Of a DNA stretch of 64,000 nt, positions 26,711-51,170 are shown piece by piece. How positions within the stretch are numbered: the stretch's first letter is position 1; every line of letters begins with the position of its first letter. The position numbers and the translations under genes were made by a program. The stretch spans positions 1 through 64,000 of the forward strand of contig JAQGDQ010000970.1 in assembly GCA_030141605.1 (NCBI GenBank), read 5' to 3'. This DNA is from Tubiluchus corallicola. Lineage: Eukaryota; Animalia; Priapulida. The notes below the pieces were generated by a model that had not been told where the DNA came from, did no database searches, and saw nothing but the letters and a program-made list of their open reading frames with translations.

Positions 26711-29700
26711 TATTACGTGAGCTCAAGTATTCAATACCTCTACTAATTGTATTCAGACGATTTTACACAGAGATCAAGAAAAGCGCTGTAAGCTCTTTCA
26801 GCGGGGTTCGGGTCAGAGATGCTGAAATTGACGCATTTTTTGCATTTTAGACAGTTCTGAGCCTTTTTGGAAAAAATATTATATATCAATGTGCACTGTG
26901 TTGCAGTGTTACATTTGCATTTGTTTTTCGAAGTCGTCTGTTGGAAGCTAGCTTAATTATAATCATTATGAATAATCTAAAACCAGGTGAATCACGGTTG
27001 TCATCGGGCCATTAACTTTGTAACTGCCTAAATGCGTGTATGAGTGTATAAAATAAATAGTAAACCAGGGAACGGTTCCCTCGGGAAAACCTGTTAGGTG
27101 CGTTAAATGCTGGTAACAAGTTTTTCCTCGCAGAGGTTTTCCCCTCAGATTAAGCACTTATATATAGTACGAAACTGTGTACATATAAATAGAAAAATTA
27201 ATACTAACATTTATGATTGTACTTCAACGTGACGTTTAACATTATTATAATTCTATTTAATAAGTCGTCTAACATTGTAAAAAATATGCAAATATTACTT
27301 GCATCATGATGTTTTAATTCATAGTTCTTTGCTTTTATTTTCGCAGCTAGAAACTACACTAAGGATCTACAAACACCAATTTCTTCCCAATAATACATTT
27401 TCGTGACCCTCATTTAGAGATAAAAACTTTCAGTCTGCTACATTAAAATTCCGACATATCGAGAGCAACAAAATTACTAAAATAACCATCAAAAATTTTA
27501 GGATCACGACGTGATACCAAAAGTGAGTTTAAGCAATGTTCGCAGTCCTTCAAACATAATGCAGTTTTGTTAATTTAATTAGTACAGAAAATATAACACA
27601 AAAATCGGTATTAACAAAGTTTCGTTTGTACCATTTAATAAACTTTACAGGTCTAAACGTTAGACGTCGTGTCCCAGCAGACTTTTAGGCCGTTTTATTT
27701 TAGCAAAAGCTGGAAACTTGCATGTTAATTATAGTCTAGTTTTTAACAAGAAACGTTAAAATTTTTCAGTATTATTTTACGTAAGACCTTTTGAAAGTAA
27801 AATTGTGCAAGCTTGTAGAGCTACATGCACTTGTAGTTTTAAGAAACTTACGTGGCTCGCGAGCCGATGTCTGACTACTACTTGTGTATAGTTTGCAATT
27901 TCTACAAAATTAATGGAAATTATGAGTAATACTCTGAAAGACTCAGTAATTGCTCAGTTTAGAGTAATCACTAAGTCTACTTCTAAACTAGAAATATAAA
28001 TATTTTGCGAATGTAGATGCCTGTTTACAATATGCATATAACGAATGTGTGCACGAATATCACTGTTGCATTAATGAAACAAAAAATCGTTTGTAAGATA
28101 AAATAGATTAAAAATTTATAATTTACTTAAATATGTTAATTGTTTTGTGCTAAACAAGAAAGAAATGATTAAGCTTTTAAATTTTACGTGAATTCTCACG
28201 AAAATGGACCATGTAGTATTTTTGTCAATCGGCAAATTTCCCCGTGAGGAGGACGCATAACTTCTAGCTGCCGAAGAACTCCTCACGAGGAATTCCAAGA
28301 GGAAAATTCCTCATAAGGTGTTTGCGCGAAATTACTCGAACAGCTAGAGCGTGGTACAAATAAAAACTGTAATTATTGTGAATTATTATTATTGTCTATT
28401 GACGTTCAAACATGAAAATTATGATGCAAAACTGTGGCTGCCCAGATTATGGTAATTTCGAAATTAATGGTACATATTTTAAATGTGAGTTTGTAGCATA
28501 CACATACGCGTGTCACTTCTATTTAAGGACGACTACAAACATTCGTTTCCTCTCAGGTGACAAAAACAAAAGAAAAAGATTTTATCTGTCTATTATATTT
28601 TATATTTGTATTTAATATTTATTCGCAACTTTTTGTACACAAATGCAAAAAAGCAATACGTGTTAACAAATTAAACAGATTAGTCAATTAATAAAGTGTA
28701 AAGCATTATTTTAAGTCATCACTACTGAAACCATTTATAAGTCGTTCACCATAAATAGTCCAATATAACTTCTTGCAAATAAAATCAATACTGGTAAATT
28801 GATGTTGTTTCATCGAATTTACACAAATACCGTTTGTACCTAGTGTACTGAGTTTGGAATATTGATTTAAAACGGCAAAACTAGCTAAAAATACATTGGC
28901 TTTCCAGTTCATGATAGCTCAGTGTGAGTTAACAGCTGGATTTTCACGTTAATTCTGCTAACTGTGATTTCACATGTATGGCGGACGTGGAGTTTGTTTA
29001 GACCGCCTCTTACAAGTTTTCCAACAGTTTTATAATGATCTGGTACTCGGTGAATTATTGTATCTTTTAAACGCCCTAACTAACAAAACAATTTTTCGAG
29101 GGTGAACTCAAGTGGATAGATGCACAAGCGCAAAGCAACAACAAAAAATCATCTAAATAAAAGAAAGCCAAAAATTTAAACTGTTTATCAAGTGAAAGAA
29201 ATTTTACGAAAAGTAAAAATGATGTAAAAATTTTGTTTTTCAACCGCAAGATAATAATAGTGTGCGCTAGAAACTGAGAGACTCGGTCAAAAAGCTTGTG
29301 GAGTGAAACCAGTTCAAAAGTACAACAGTTGAACCTGCGATTAACATCTTACTTAATTTATCTAACGAACATCTTTTTAGTCTTTTCTAACAAACGAATT
29401 TGTTGAACAATGATGAGGTCATCGACTCGTAAAAGAAAGACATATTTGAGTGCAGTATGTAAACCGTTAGCAGGGGTTTAGATCCTCGAATTAAAACCAT
29501 GAATCATCACCGAAGTTGGCACCAAAATTCGGTCTGTCAATCCAAGCCAAAAGTCCCTGGTAGTACAAGTACATTTTTCGAGGAAACCCAAAAATTTCGT
29601 GGGAATGGAGAGGTAGATGATTTTTCGATTGGATAGCATTTTTTGTATATATTGTGTATTAACGAGCTAACGAGCTTAAAGGTGCCCTTAAAGAAGTGTA

Positions 29701-30911
29701 AACTTTCTGGTACATGTATATTGAAATATCTACAGCGGCAAGACGAAAAATGATCAATTACTAAAATGGAAAGTTTTAAAGCACCAATTAAAACAGTTTA
29801 AATTTACCAGCTTGCTGTCAAGTGATTTCCCGATTATCTTTGGCGTATGTAAAATGCTAATAGATAGTTGTATAGAAATGCTGCGCAGTTTAAAAGAAAT
29901 TTGCTATTCGTTTAATTTCCATTCTTTTAACTATAATTGCTGTTCTTAGTTTCTTTATTTTCTATTTACAATGTACAATTACAATAGAAAGAAGAATAAA
30001 CGGTTGTATGTATCTCTCACCCATGTAGGTACTATTGTGCTGTTTGTGGCAATTATCACGAAATCTATCAGTCAATCACTAATGCTGGAACTAAAGCTAA
30101 TTCATAGTTAACCGTGCGAACGCCCCAAAAATGCGGACACGAGTTTAGATTATATTGGAACTATAGCACTTTGCAACTGATAATCTGTTTACTAGACGTC
30201 ACAAATGCATTTAGCTGGTATGTTACGGGCCGCCTGTTTTTTAAAAAAGTACTTTTTCCGTGCAGCAACGTTGCCAACAGCATATTTTGCTCAATTTAGT
30301 GTCAACAAGTACCGCCTTTTTTATACGCTTATATTCCTGTAAACTATGATAATGGATAAACAGGTACGTCTTTATGCATTAAAATAAACAACTAGATCGT
30401 TCCTGTTGGACATCTACGTACCGCACGTTGTGAGAAAATGATGTCATTAGGAATATTTTAATTGGTTAGCGTAGCTTGTGCGCGATTTATAAATGCACCA
30501 TGTCAGCGTTTCACACAACGCTGCATACGTGTTGTAAAATACTTAGTTTGTAGTAAAAGTTAACACTCTCGACATAACCGAATATTTCCATTTTCCTAGT
30601 TCTGTGAAATATTTTGGTGTTGTACCACAGGTGCGATGGCAGTACAAAACAAATAATTGTTTCTGGACTGGGCATCTTAAGTTCATAGCTACTACTCATG
30701 AAGCTTCAAAATCGTAGAAATAACATTAAATGTTAAACATTCGTTGCTACAGTATATATTGACGTCGTTGCACGCATCACTTATCTTACATTATCTATCA
30801 ATATTGAAATATTATATAGTGAAATAATTACTCATCACGGTTTTTGAATTGTATATATTACGAAAACGTGTAGAACTTTAATGTTTGCCCCTTTGAAAGA
30901 ACTTGTATATG

Positions 30912-31110
30912 TCAAAGGACCACCAGTCAAAGGACCACAGGCGAAGGAACTTCAGATAAAGGATCATTGGTTAAAGGACCACTACGGACAAAGGCTCAAC
31001 CGTGGTCCTGAGTCTATCCTCCGACAAGTGGTCCTTTGACTAGTGGTTCTTTGTCCGAGGTGGTCTCTTGACTGGTGGTCCTTTAACTGGTGTCTTTTCA
31101 CTGATATCCC
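30912..31110. mobile_element. Foldback/MITE-like element made of inverted arrays of about 15-bp AAAGGACCAC subrepeats
   Basis: Left arm has about 5 copies of (T/C)AAAGGACCAC; right arm has about 5 copies of GTGGTCCTTT. Confidence 0.65.
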
Positions 31111-31127
31111 GTTGTTCTTTAATTGAT

Positions 31128-31660
31128 CGCCCATCCAAAGAAGGTGCTACTCCACTCTTTAAGCAACTCAGATTTTTAAATATTCATCATATTAGTAACA
31201 TTCAGGCAGTTGTATTTAAGTACAAATTTCACTATAATTTGCTTTTGCCATTGTTTGTTTTTTTTGTTTTGGTTGGTTGTGGTGTGTTTTTGTTTGTTGT
31301 TGTGTTTTGGTTTTTTTTTGTGGCCCCAATAATATGGAGTGAAATAAAATCAGCAATCTGTACCTTAACTAACGTTTCTAGATCTAAAAATGAATATAAG
31401 TGAATATAAACGAATGTACAAATGAAACTACTACTAAATAATTGTGTGTGATAGCGTCGCGTTATTTTAATTACCCTCTTTCTGTGGCAAGATGTTTTTT
31501 TTATTTATTGTTCAGTAACTGACTAGTTGTTGACTGTTCATTCGGTAGTCCTCAATATGTCTTGCATTTACATTGACTGTCTCAGTATTTATTTTTATTT
31601 TATTCTTAGGTTTGCAATAATGTTAACGTACTTGTAATATTATTTTACTAATAAACTTAC
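31128..31660 (+). mobile_element. L2/CR1-group LINE 3' remnant
   Basis: Reads TPLFKQLRFLNIHHI...FKYKFHYNLL...APIIWSEIKSAI...KNEYK, matching the PLFKxLxIL / PxxWNxL 3' ORF2 motifs. Ends at AATAAA followed by a tetranucleotide tail. Confidence 0.7.
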
Positions 31661-31689
31661 CCGCCTGTCCGCCTGCTTGCACCCTGCCG

Positions 31690-32250
31690 CCCTGCCTGCC
31701 TGCCTGCCTGCCTATCTACCTACCTACCTACCTACCTACCTACCTACCTACCTACCTACCTACCTACCTACCTACCTACCTACCTACCTACCTACCTACC
31801 TACCTACCTACTTACCTACCTACTTACCTACCTACCTACCTACCTACCTACCTACCTACCTACCTACCTACCTCACCTACCTGCCTACCTACCTACCTAC
31901 CTACCTACCTGCCTACCTACCTACCTACCTACACATACATACATACATACATACATACATACATACATACATACATACATACATACATACATACATACAT
32001 ACATACATACATACATACATACATACATACATACATACATACATACATACATACATACATACATACATACATACATACATACATACTTACTTACCTACCT
32101 ACTTACCTATCTACCTACCTACCTACCTACCTACCTAGTTATCTACTACCTATTTATTCAGCTACTTACTTGCTTACTAATATACTTACGTTCTTACTTA
32201 CTTACCTGCTTGCTTGTTTGCTTGTTTGCTTACTTGCTTACTTACTGACC
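31690..32250. repeat. Compound (CCTA)n/(CATA)n/(CTTA)n microsatellite
   Basis: Directly visible; source of the LPTY/HTYI ORF. Confidence 0.97.
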
Positions 32251-34460
32251 TACTTTGAGACCATGACAAAAAAACGTTTGTAACCTGCTTTTACATTGTT
32301 TTCTAGTTCATTTTGACGGACCAGTGCATTAATCCAATAGGGTAAAATTTAGCTATGCAGAACTTTTAGTATGAAATGATTTTTATCTGCGTGAATAGTT
32401 TAAATCCCTGGTTTTGCACACTTTTTACACAGCTTTCAGCTTTAATTAAATACTGCAGTTTTATGTATTTTTGTGGTAATTCAGAAGTGTACTTAATGTC
32501 GATTTTCATATAGCCCTTAAGATTTTGAAAGTGCCGCCATTTTGCAGAGCTTTGATAATGGCGTTCATGTCATGTTGTCATTGGTTTTCTCTTCATTGAC
32601 TTTTGGGTTCTGATGGGTCAAATGGGTGATATCAACATAATATCGTTATCGTTAGTGATTTATTTTGTGAATATTTTCTTGAACTATGCTGAGACGTTTT
32701 ATGAAAGATGCCGCATATTTAGAAAAAAAAGACACACAGCCTAGTTCTGCTAAAATCACTTTGGGGCTGCCATATGAGGCCCTTGCGATTTATTTATATT
32801 TTTTTCTCTATATCTGTGCACTCAATTATTGTAAATATTCTAATACTGAGCAACCATACTTTAGCAGCTCGCTGGTTACAGTGATGCATAGCTGCATAAT
32901 TACTGCATGATCCCATAAATGGGAATGCAACGCCTATGAAGCCCAGCTGGTAATTAACACCGTAACACAGACAGTAAGCTTTATGATCCTCAGTAACGTC
33001 TAACTCAGTTAAGAATTATTTAATGAGTCAAACAAACGAAAGTCCGTTCTAAACTTTTTGCGCATGAGATTCGGGACTATTTCACAAGGTGAGTGATTTT
33101 AAGAGCCAATTTTTATGATTGCTTTCAGTCTGACAATAGGCTTTGTAGGTAATACGCCCAGACCGTCTCTTTGTGCTTAACATCTTTTTAAAAACATATC
33201 TGTTATTGTTAAAGTAAGCTCTAAACTTCATAAATAAATTCTGTCATTTGATGATACCAAATGCTCGCCATTTGCAGCAACCACGAGGATTATTATAATT
33301 AAGACACACTGGGTTGAATTCAATTTACTTCTTTGTTTATTATTCAATAGCCAAATGGTCAGATTCAAACCTAAAAAATACCAAAAATCTCAATTACAAT
33401 TGCCAAAAAAGTATAAAATTCTATATAATTAAAGCTTAACAAAATGTTTCAGTGATAAAAATGTTAATTAAATTAACTAAACTGTCAAATTATTAGTCGC
33501 AATTCAACTTGAACAGTCGGCAAAATTTAACTATAATTACTGTAAAACTGGTAGAATAAATTTCTTGGTAAAATCGTTCATTGACCACCCATCGAACTTA
33601 TGACCGTACAGCAAAGTAAGGAAGCTAGCAATTTTGCACAGAATTTAATGTGTTGTCGTTAATTGCCACTAACCAAAACAAAGCAGACAATATTAGAAAT
33701 TATCACCTCAATTCTAAATGACTGATCTGTAAAGTAACCACATTTTATCAGTAACCCAATAACCAAATTAAACGCAATAAATTACTAAAAATTAACAGTA
33801 CGTTAAACTAAGCTAAAGCTAAACTAAATATCTGGATAAATTACTTCTATTGAAATGTCATTAATACAAGTTAAGCAGTAAAATATAACACTTTTGATTT
33901 TCTATCATTTAGATAGCTTCCCAAGAAAAGTTAGGGTCAACAATTAACCTAAAATTAACGACCAAAATTATAACATACCGACAGTCTGTCGCAAAGTTAG
34001 GCCACTCCTGATCTCACTATAGGCGCTTACAGAAGCTATAAGAAATGTTTTATGGCTGGATTCACTACCTAAGGCTTCAGCAAATGAAATGAGTCAACAG
34101 TTAATCGACACTGTGGCAGTGATGCAAATTCTTCTTTTGTTCTTCACCTGACGATCTATACCTGCAATACTAATCGATGCTTAACAGTATTTTTGGAATT
34201 TTTACATTGGTATTATTGTTCATTGAGAAAGCAAAATATCCGCATTCGAGAAACAGCACCTCTGTTATGCGTATCATGAGTGGGAACGCTATCCCTATTA
34301 ATTTATACGAATGTCAATCTTATTTGAAGCTTTTGTTCATGTGGCTTCTTGGATTAAGTAATAATATGCATAATCAATTACCACTTTCCACATAACTTTC
34401 AATAAAATAAACTGATGACGTTTGGTCAATATTAAAAATTATCGTGTTAAATTCTTGCAG

Positions 34461-44531
<10,071 letters not shown>

Positions 44532-47115
44532 CAGTATTGATTTGTCCAGCATCGGTTTTTCAATCAATGCTTATTAGCAAAAAGACAGGACAATTTTGTT
44601 CCCTATTCGGAAAGTGAACAAGAAAGTCAAACAATTGCGATTGCGCTAGTGTAGTGGTGTAACAGCTCAAATTAGTGCTGTTAGAAACTTGCAGCAGAGT
44701 TGGAAAGACAAGCCTTACATACAACATAATTAGTCTGCACGTTTTACTAAACCCTCTTATATAATTGTCTTCTGATGTTTTGTCTGAACTGAACATGCAA
44801 CACCAGTGTGGTACCCTGAGATTAAAATGAGATAAAGTTTCAGCACAGTGCAAATAGGAATCCAGCATTCATTAGCAGAACTTAGCGGATGTTTGTTGCG
44901 AGACAGGAAGCTCACTCATTATCACAGCTGTCAAAAGATGAGATACTGATGTGTATTTAGTGCCTCGTATCAAATAGATAAATGTAGAAACCTAGTGGCT
45001 CATCAATCAAACAGACTTATAAAAACGATAGAGTGTAACATCCTGATGTTAATTCTACAGTGGGCACGGAACGAAATGAAAGACAAAAGTAGAATGGTGC
45101 ACAGGTTATCGAAATCACCAACCCATCCTATCAACCAAGTGAAGTAAATTCATCATATCACTGCATCATGGAAAAGCAACCGAATGTAGCAAGTTTGTTA
45201 CATCACCACATTATAGATAAGCATATGTTTCATTAAATTAAAGAAGACAAGCTACACATCTAAATAAGCACCTTTTTCGATATTTTTGTGTTTGTGTCAT
45301 GCAGACACCTCCAAGTGAATGCAGAAGTCGTCAAATCCAAGTGAGTCATTGTGCTGAGTGCAAATCAATGTGCTAAACCTACCGTATTACCTACAACAGA
45401 GCTTTTGAGGAAGTGCAGCAAGATCCATAAAAAGTGCTCATTTAATATGTTTTAACTTTCAAAGTCCTTGATAACATCATCACAAACTTTGAACACGTGC
45501 AAAACAATTCCAGGAAAACCAGAAATGCCTGTCAATTAAGAATCTTAGAAAGAAAAGAAAACCATATCCATGCACATATGTATTAAAATATGTATTTTTA
45601 ATTTTAAGTGAATGCAGTATCACTTTATAATGCTAAAAAATAAAGTCATTCTTAATATAATCGACGTCACATGCAGTAGAATAGTATCTTAAACAGGGTT
45701 TGTTTTCATTTAATAGGCAAAATGACACTCAATCGAAAATGCAAATCGTTGCCAGTAAAATTAATATATTGTGAAACTGATACAAAAATATTTCAATTTA
45801 AATGACGCGCAGATTGCTTTTGTGATCTTTTTCTATGTAAGTTGGTAAGATTTTCTATGTTGTTGGTTGTCTCGCTGTAGACCCTAGAAATGCGTATTTT
45901 GTTTTATCACTTGCACTTATATGAATATTATTTGCTTGATATGATGTATGATAATACTTTAAATTGTATGCTCGTTTTTCTTAGCGCGTTGTTCATAATA
46001 TCAACTTGTTTTTGCCTAAATCTGACGCTTGATTAGTTAATAATTAGTTGTTATCTGTTGGAATGTTATCCTATGTAGCTATAATGCTGTTCAGTTTTTA
46101 ACTTTATTTGCCAGCTTCTAGTTGCAACATGGGATTTATTGTTTTAGTTTTTCAACTGGCTCTACAATTTTTCTTTTCATTAACCAAACACCAAGCTAAT
46201 AAACAAATTTATTCTAGAAATATGATTTATTTATTACAGTAGGTAGGTACTGGAGAAAATTATAATTATGCTCAGGCCCATTTGCCATTTTGTCATTATA
46301 AGGTGTGCTTTCAATTTCCTGCTTGTGAACAAATTCTATTCACTCAGCCGTCTGTAGCCACTAAGAAGTCAATATCATACTTTGTACAGAAAGTACCAGT
46401 AAAATTCTAAGATAAAGTATAAAGGTAAAAAATGTATACAATCATTTGCAGTGAGTACATTTAAGTACATATAAGATGGAAAAAAATTGACGTCGTATTT
46501 TACAGTAATGTATAATTAAAACAGTTATAATTTAAAAATAATAGCCAACTGAAAGCAATTGCACAGGCTTTACTCTAACCTTTTCCGTGTCTTTGTACGT
46601 AAATGCGCAAATTTTACAAGAAACTTTAAACTTGCCCTAACTTACACATTACTTTATGCAGGACGTAATGATGTAACTACTACGTGAACGTCATTAACTT
46701 TACTGCTTGCTATCATCATCAAAGGGTAACTCCTGCTGCTGTTGTTGCTGCTTGCCGCTGCCATTACTACTGCCATTACCATTACCACTATCAGTGCCAC
46801 CACTACCACTATGCAGTGCCACTACCATTACTACCACTATTATTTTTCTTTGGACAAATTATGATTCTAGAACTATTATATCGCGTTTATTATTAGTCTA
46901 TCATTATCAATTATTACAATGTCGTATCACTTCCACTGTCATTACCACCATGTACAATCATCACCTCTGCGGCCAGCACTATTACTGGATACTGCGCACT
47001 ATGCACACCTCTTCTATGCACATTTCGCATTTATCAGTTTATGCGTGAATGATTTATTTGAAGTCTTCACTATCTCAAACACCAGGTATGGCCTAAATAT
47101 TGTTTTATTTTTCAG

Positions 47116-47375
47116 ATGTTCTGAGGTCGTCCTGCACAAATACTGATGAAGGTAATCTTTTTGCTTGGGGTGATGATTCTAAGATGATACCTATGGGAAA
47201 TGTCATTCCTGCTCCATTTACATGTTCACCCGAATGTATACAGACCAGAACAGTTTGTGTTCTAACAGAGAGTCAATGGCACGCTCTCTTCTACTTCATA
47301 CTTAATAACATTCAGAAAATATCCTCTCTTGCTTATCTTCTCTTTGATCAATTTAAGTCTCTCTTTGTGTACTGA
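47116..47375 (+). CDS. Duplicated alternative terminal coding exon of pentraxin gene A
   Basis: Strong acceptor TGTTTTATTTTTCAG, same phase and same length (260 nt) as 44272-44531, with an open frame VLRSSCTNTDEGNLFAWGDDSKMIPMG...VCVLTESQWHALFYF...FVY*. Confidence 0.75.
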
Positions 47376-49617
47376 CACTTTGTCGACTTGCCCACCGTCA
47401 GTGTTGTCAAACAATGCTGGCAAAAGATAGGATAATTTTGTTCCCCATTTAGAAAGTGAACTGAGAATGTCAAACAATGGTGACTGTGCTGGTGTAGCTG
47501 AGAGAGAAAGTCAAATTAGTGTTGTTAGAAACTTGCAACAGAGTTGAAAATGCAAACCATTCCTATGACCTACTTAGCCTGCATCCTTTACTGAATCTTC
47601 TTGTGTATAATGGTCTCCTGATGCTTTATCTGCAACTGAATATGAGCACCAAGGTATGGACGCTACACAGTAACTTTAATACGATAACACTTCAGCACAG
47701 TGCGACCGGAATTCAGCACTCATCAGTTGTGAGACTGGAAGATTACTCACTATCGTGGTCGTCAAGAGATGAGAAAGTGAAGTGATGTAGTGCTTCATTA
47801 GTGCCTCCGACAAATAAAAACATGCTTAAAACTGCTGTCTCAACAAACAGAGTTGCAGATTTGTAAAAGCAACTTAATGTGTAGTATTGATTTAAAACTG
47901 AATGATGAATCGAATGGCAAATCTTATTGTGATGGTCATCGAAATCTCATGCCTATTCCATCAAGCAAGCTCGTCATGCCGCTAAATTAGAAAACGTATG
48001 TGTTTCATTAAACTAAAGAAGACCAGCTTTCAAATCTGAATGCTGAAAAGGAAGAAAGCATCTTTTTCAATATTTTGCCTTCACCCCACAAGTCATCAGA
48101 TCCACGTATGTTATTCACGTGAGTGGAAATCAGTCTGCTGAACTTACAATAGAGTAATGATACAGTTTTTGAGCAAGTTCAGCAAGATCTACTAAAAAGT
48201 GCTCGCTTAACAGGCTCCAACTTTCAACACTTTTGATAATGTCACTAAGTGTTTTTAACATTTGAAAAAAATCAGGAAAACCAGAAATGCCTGCCAGTTA
48301 AAGCGCTTGGAAACTAAAGAAAAGTAAAGCCTCGCACAACTTTTAAATGAAAGTTGCAGTGATCCTGCTATATGTGTATTAATTAAAATGAGTAAAATTT
48401 TTATTTCATTTTGCCAAAAAATAAACTGATGCTTTAGGTAATCATACAGCACAACAGTATCTTAAACAAGGTTTGTTTTTATTTCATTCTGTATCAAAAT
48501 AACAAACAATTGAAAATGTAAATAGATGTCATTAAAGTTAATATTTTATGAATTAAGTTATTTTATTTTATGAAACTCTACCACAAACAAATCTTTCATT
48601 GTAAATGACGCAGTGTTTGGTTTTATGAGTTTTTTCTGGTAGGATTTCTGTTTACTGGTTTTCGCTCTGTAGGAACTACAGAAATTCGCATTTTGGTTTT
48701 TATCCCTAGTTAAAATGATCTTTTGCATTTGTTTCAATATTTTTTTGCTTGATATGATGTGATAATGTTTTTAATTCTACAGAAAGTTTTACGTTTTTTC
48801 TAAACATATTAATGCTCATAATATGTACTTGAATTTGTACTAGTACTTGTACAGATATCTGACAGTTGGTGAGTTAATGTTTTTCACTAGTAATCTGTTG
48901 GAATGTTGTCGTATTACTGCGTTGTTTAGTTTTTTTTGCCATTATTTGCCAGCTTTTGACCGTAATATGGTGTTTATTGTTTTAGTTTTGTGATTCGTTT
49001 TCTAATTTTTGGTTTCTGAGCCAAACACCGAAGCTAATGAAAACTTTTATTTCAAGACATGATTTATTTATTATAGTCTGATTGTGACAGAGCAGTGATG
49101 AAAATCGTAATTACAGTTCAGCCTTTTCGTGCCCAATAGTCGTTTTATAAGTACGTATAAGATAATTTATTTCTTTTTACCATGTTCATCTTGCTATGTG
49201 CGAACAACTTCTGTTCTCACTCAGCTCTATTCTCCACTGTTTTTGACACGTCTAAGAAGTCACCATTATACTTCATGGTGAAATGACCAATAGCATATGT
49301 ACTAAATTCCGTTAACCCCAAGGCCCTTTCAAAAGACTTCTGAGAGGGCTTTGGTTAGCCCCAGCGACCGATGGGGGCAACTAAAAATAGGCTTTTCTCA
49401 AACAGGAAAAATGTCTCCTCTTGCGTTACTTTTATACGCTAATTATTTCATTCTTGTAGCATACATAAAGCTTTCAAGAAAATCGAAATTTTCTTAACAG
49501 ACTATACCCGCTCTGTCCACAGTTTAAATGATGGTATGCAAAATGCAAACTGCGCTCTGGGAGGTGGTGGCATTAGAAGTATTATTAGCCACGCCTACAA
49601 GCTCCGCCTCCTTTGAC

Positions 49618-49733
<116 letters not shown>

Positions 49734-49929
49734 GATGTGGCATAAGCACATGCGCTAGATTTGCGGAAAAAGTGTGTCGTACATGTACAGCCCAAGTAGG
49801 GCATTGACAATTTCTCTCATTCTTTTACTTTACATCGACATTTTTGCCGAATTTTTAAAAATTCTGTGGAAGTTTCTATACCGTGGATACACACGATCCT
49901 CTTCGCCAAATCAATGAGCAAATTGACAT

Positions 49930-50679
49930 CAATAAAAAGTGCCAGTTTGCAAGATTAAAAACATTAAAAACTTAAAAACAAGTATTTTGTTCACATTGCT
50001 CGTGTATCACGTGAAACGGATCACCTGTCTGTGAAGCGACACAAAATAAAAAATGATACCTTAACATAGTTACCTTAACAAAATGTTGGAACCGCCTATA
50101 AAGCTGGCTTATTTCACTTCAAAAAGATTAATCTCTAGGCCAAGTATTGCTCGTTCGACTAGATCTGAAACAGATGTGTAATAAATCATTCAAAATATAT
50201 ATTGAAATTTTCAATCATTATTGTTAAATAAATAAGAACAATGGACGCTGCCACTACGGTTAACGAGTCATAGTGACCCGTTTCGAGTATTAAAGGCAAT
50301 AAAAAGTGCCAGTTTGCAAGATTAAAAACATTAAAAACTTAAAAACAAGTATTTTGTTCACATTGCTCGTGTATCATGTGAAACGGATCACCTGTCTGTG
50401 AAGCGACACAAAATAAAAAATGATACCTTAACATAGTTACCTTAACAAAATGTTGGAACCGCCTATAAAGCTGGCTTATTTCACTTCAAAAAGATTAATC
50501 TCTAGGCCAAGTATTGCTCGTTCGACTAGATCTGAAACAGATGTGTAATAAATCATTCAAAATATATATTGAAATTTTCAATCATTATTGTTAAATAAAT
50601 AAGAACAATGGACGCTGCCACTACGGTTAACGAGTCATAGTGACCCGTTTCTAGTGACCCGTTTCGAGTATTAAAGGCA
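49930..50679. repeat. Near-perfect 367-bp tandem duplication
   Basis: CAATAAAAAGTGCCAGTTTG starts at 49930 and 50297. One substitution seen (ATCACGTG/ATCATGTG), plus an extra 14-bp TAGTGACCCGTTTC in copy 2. Confidence 0.95.
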
Positions 50680-50689
50680 TTGATACTCC

Positions 50690-51170
50690 GTTCACTAACA
50701 ATAAGCTATTACATGACCGGGGATTTAAACACCAGAACCTATAATTTAAAACAAATCCCTACAACTAACAAATATGGTAGAAACTCAGTTTCTAAACTAG
50801 CAATATATCAGTGGAGTAACCGAGCAAAAAAGAGTATAGTACATTACAGGCATTTAAATATAAACTTAAAAATCGTTTACTAATCAGATACACTCAGCTA
50901 TCGTATGCTCACCCAAATACATCTTATATCTATCTGCGCCCCCAATAAACAGCCTTATATTTATTTAATTTTGCTAACAAGTAAGAAATTCAGGTAATTG
51001 TGCTTTTACTCTAAAAATACAACTCTGTTTCAAACATATATGTCTCCAAGACAATGTGTTGTTTTTGTTAATTTTCGGTTAAATATCTAGTTAAGTAATT
51101 TGTGTATTGCGTAATTGTGTAATTTGTAATTAATGTTTAGACTCTGGATTCGCATTTTATTAATAATTAT
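50690..51170 (+). mobile_element. L2/CR1-group LINE 3' remnant
   Basis: Reads LNTRTYNLKQIPTTNKYGRNSVSKLAIYQWS, resembling the NTR...P...T.KYG..S....A...WN motif of LINE ORF2 3' ends. Confidence 0.55.

Noticed and set aside
30912-31110. CRISPR-like short repeat array
   Set aside because: Eukaryotic context, spacers only about 5 nt, inverted arrangement, no cas genes.
31677-32138. LPTY/HTYI repeat protein ORF
   Set aside because: Tetranucleotide microsatellite.
34177-34395. 72-aa ORF just upstream of the gene A exon (KYPHSRNSTS...FMWL)
   Set aside because: No Cys at the pentraxin position and no splice path in phase to 34461.
44560-44868. 102-aa antisense ORF in the duplicated 3' flank
   Set aside because: The paralogous segment in copy 2 has indels and stops in this frame.
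47050-49275. Second last-exon copy as an uncollapsed haplotype
   Set aside because: About 16% exon divergence and heavily indel-disrupted flanks seem too much for alleles; only long reads can fully exclude it.
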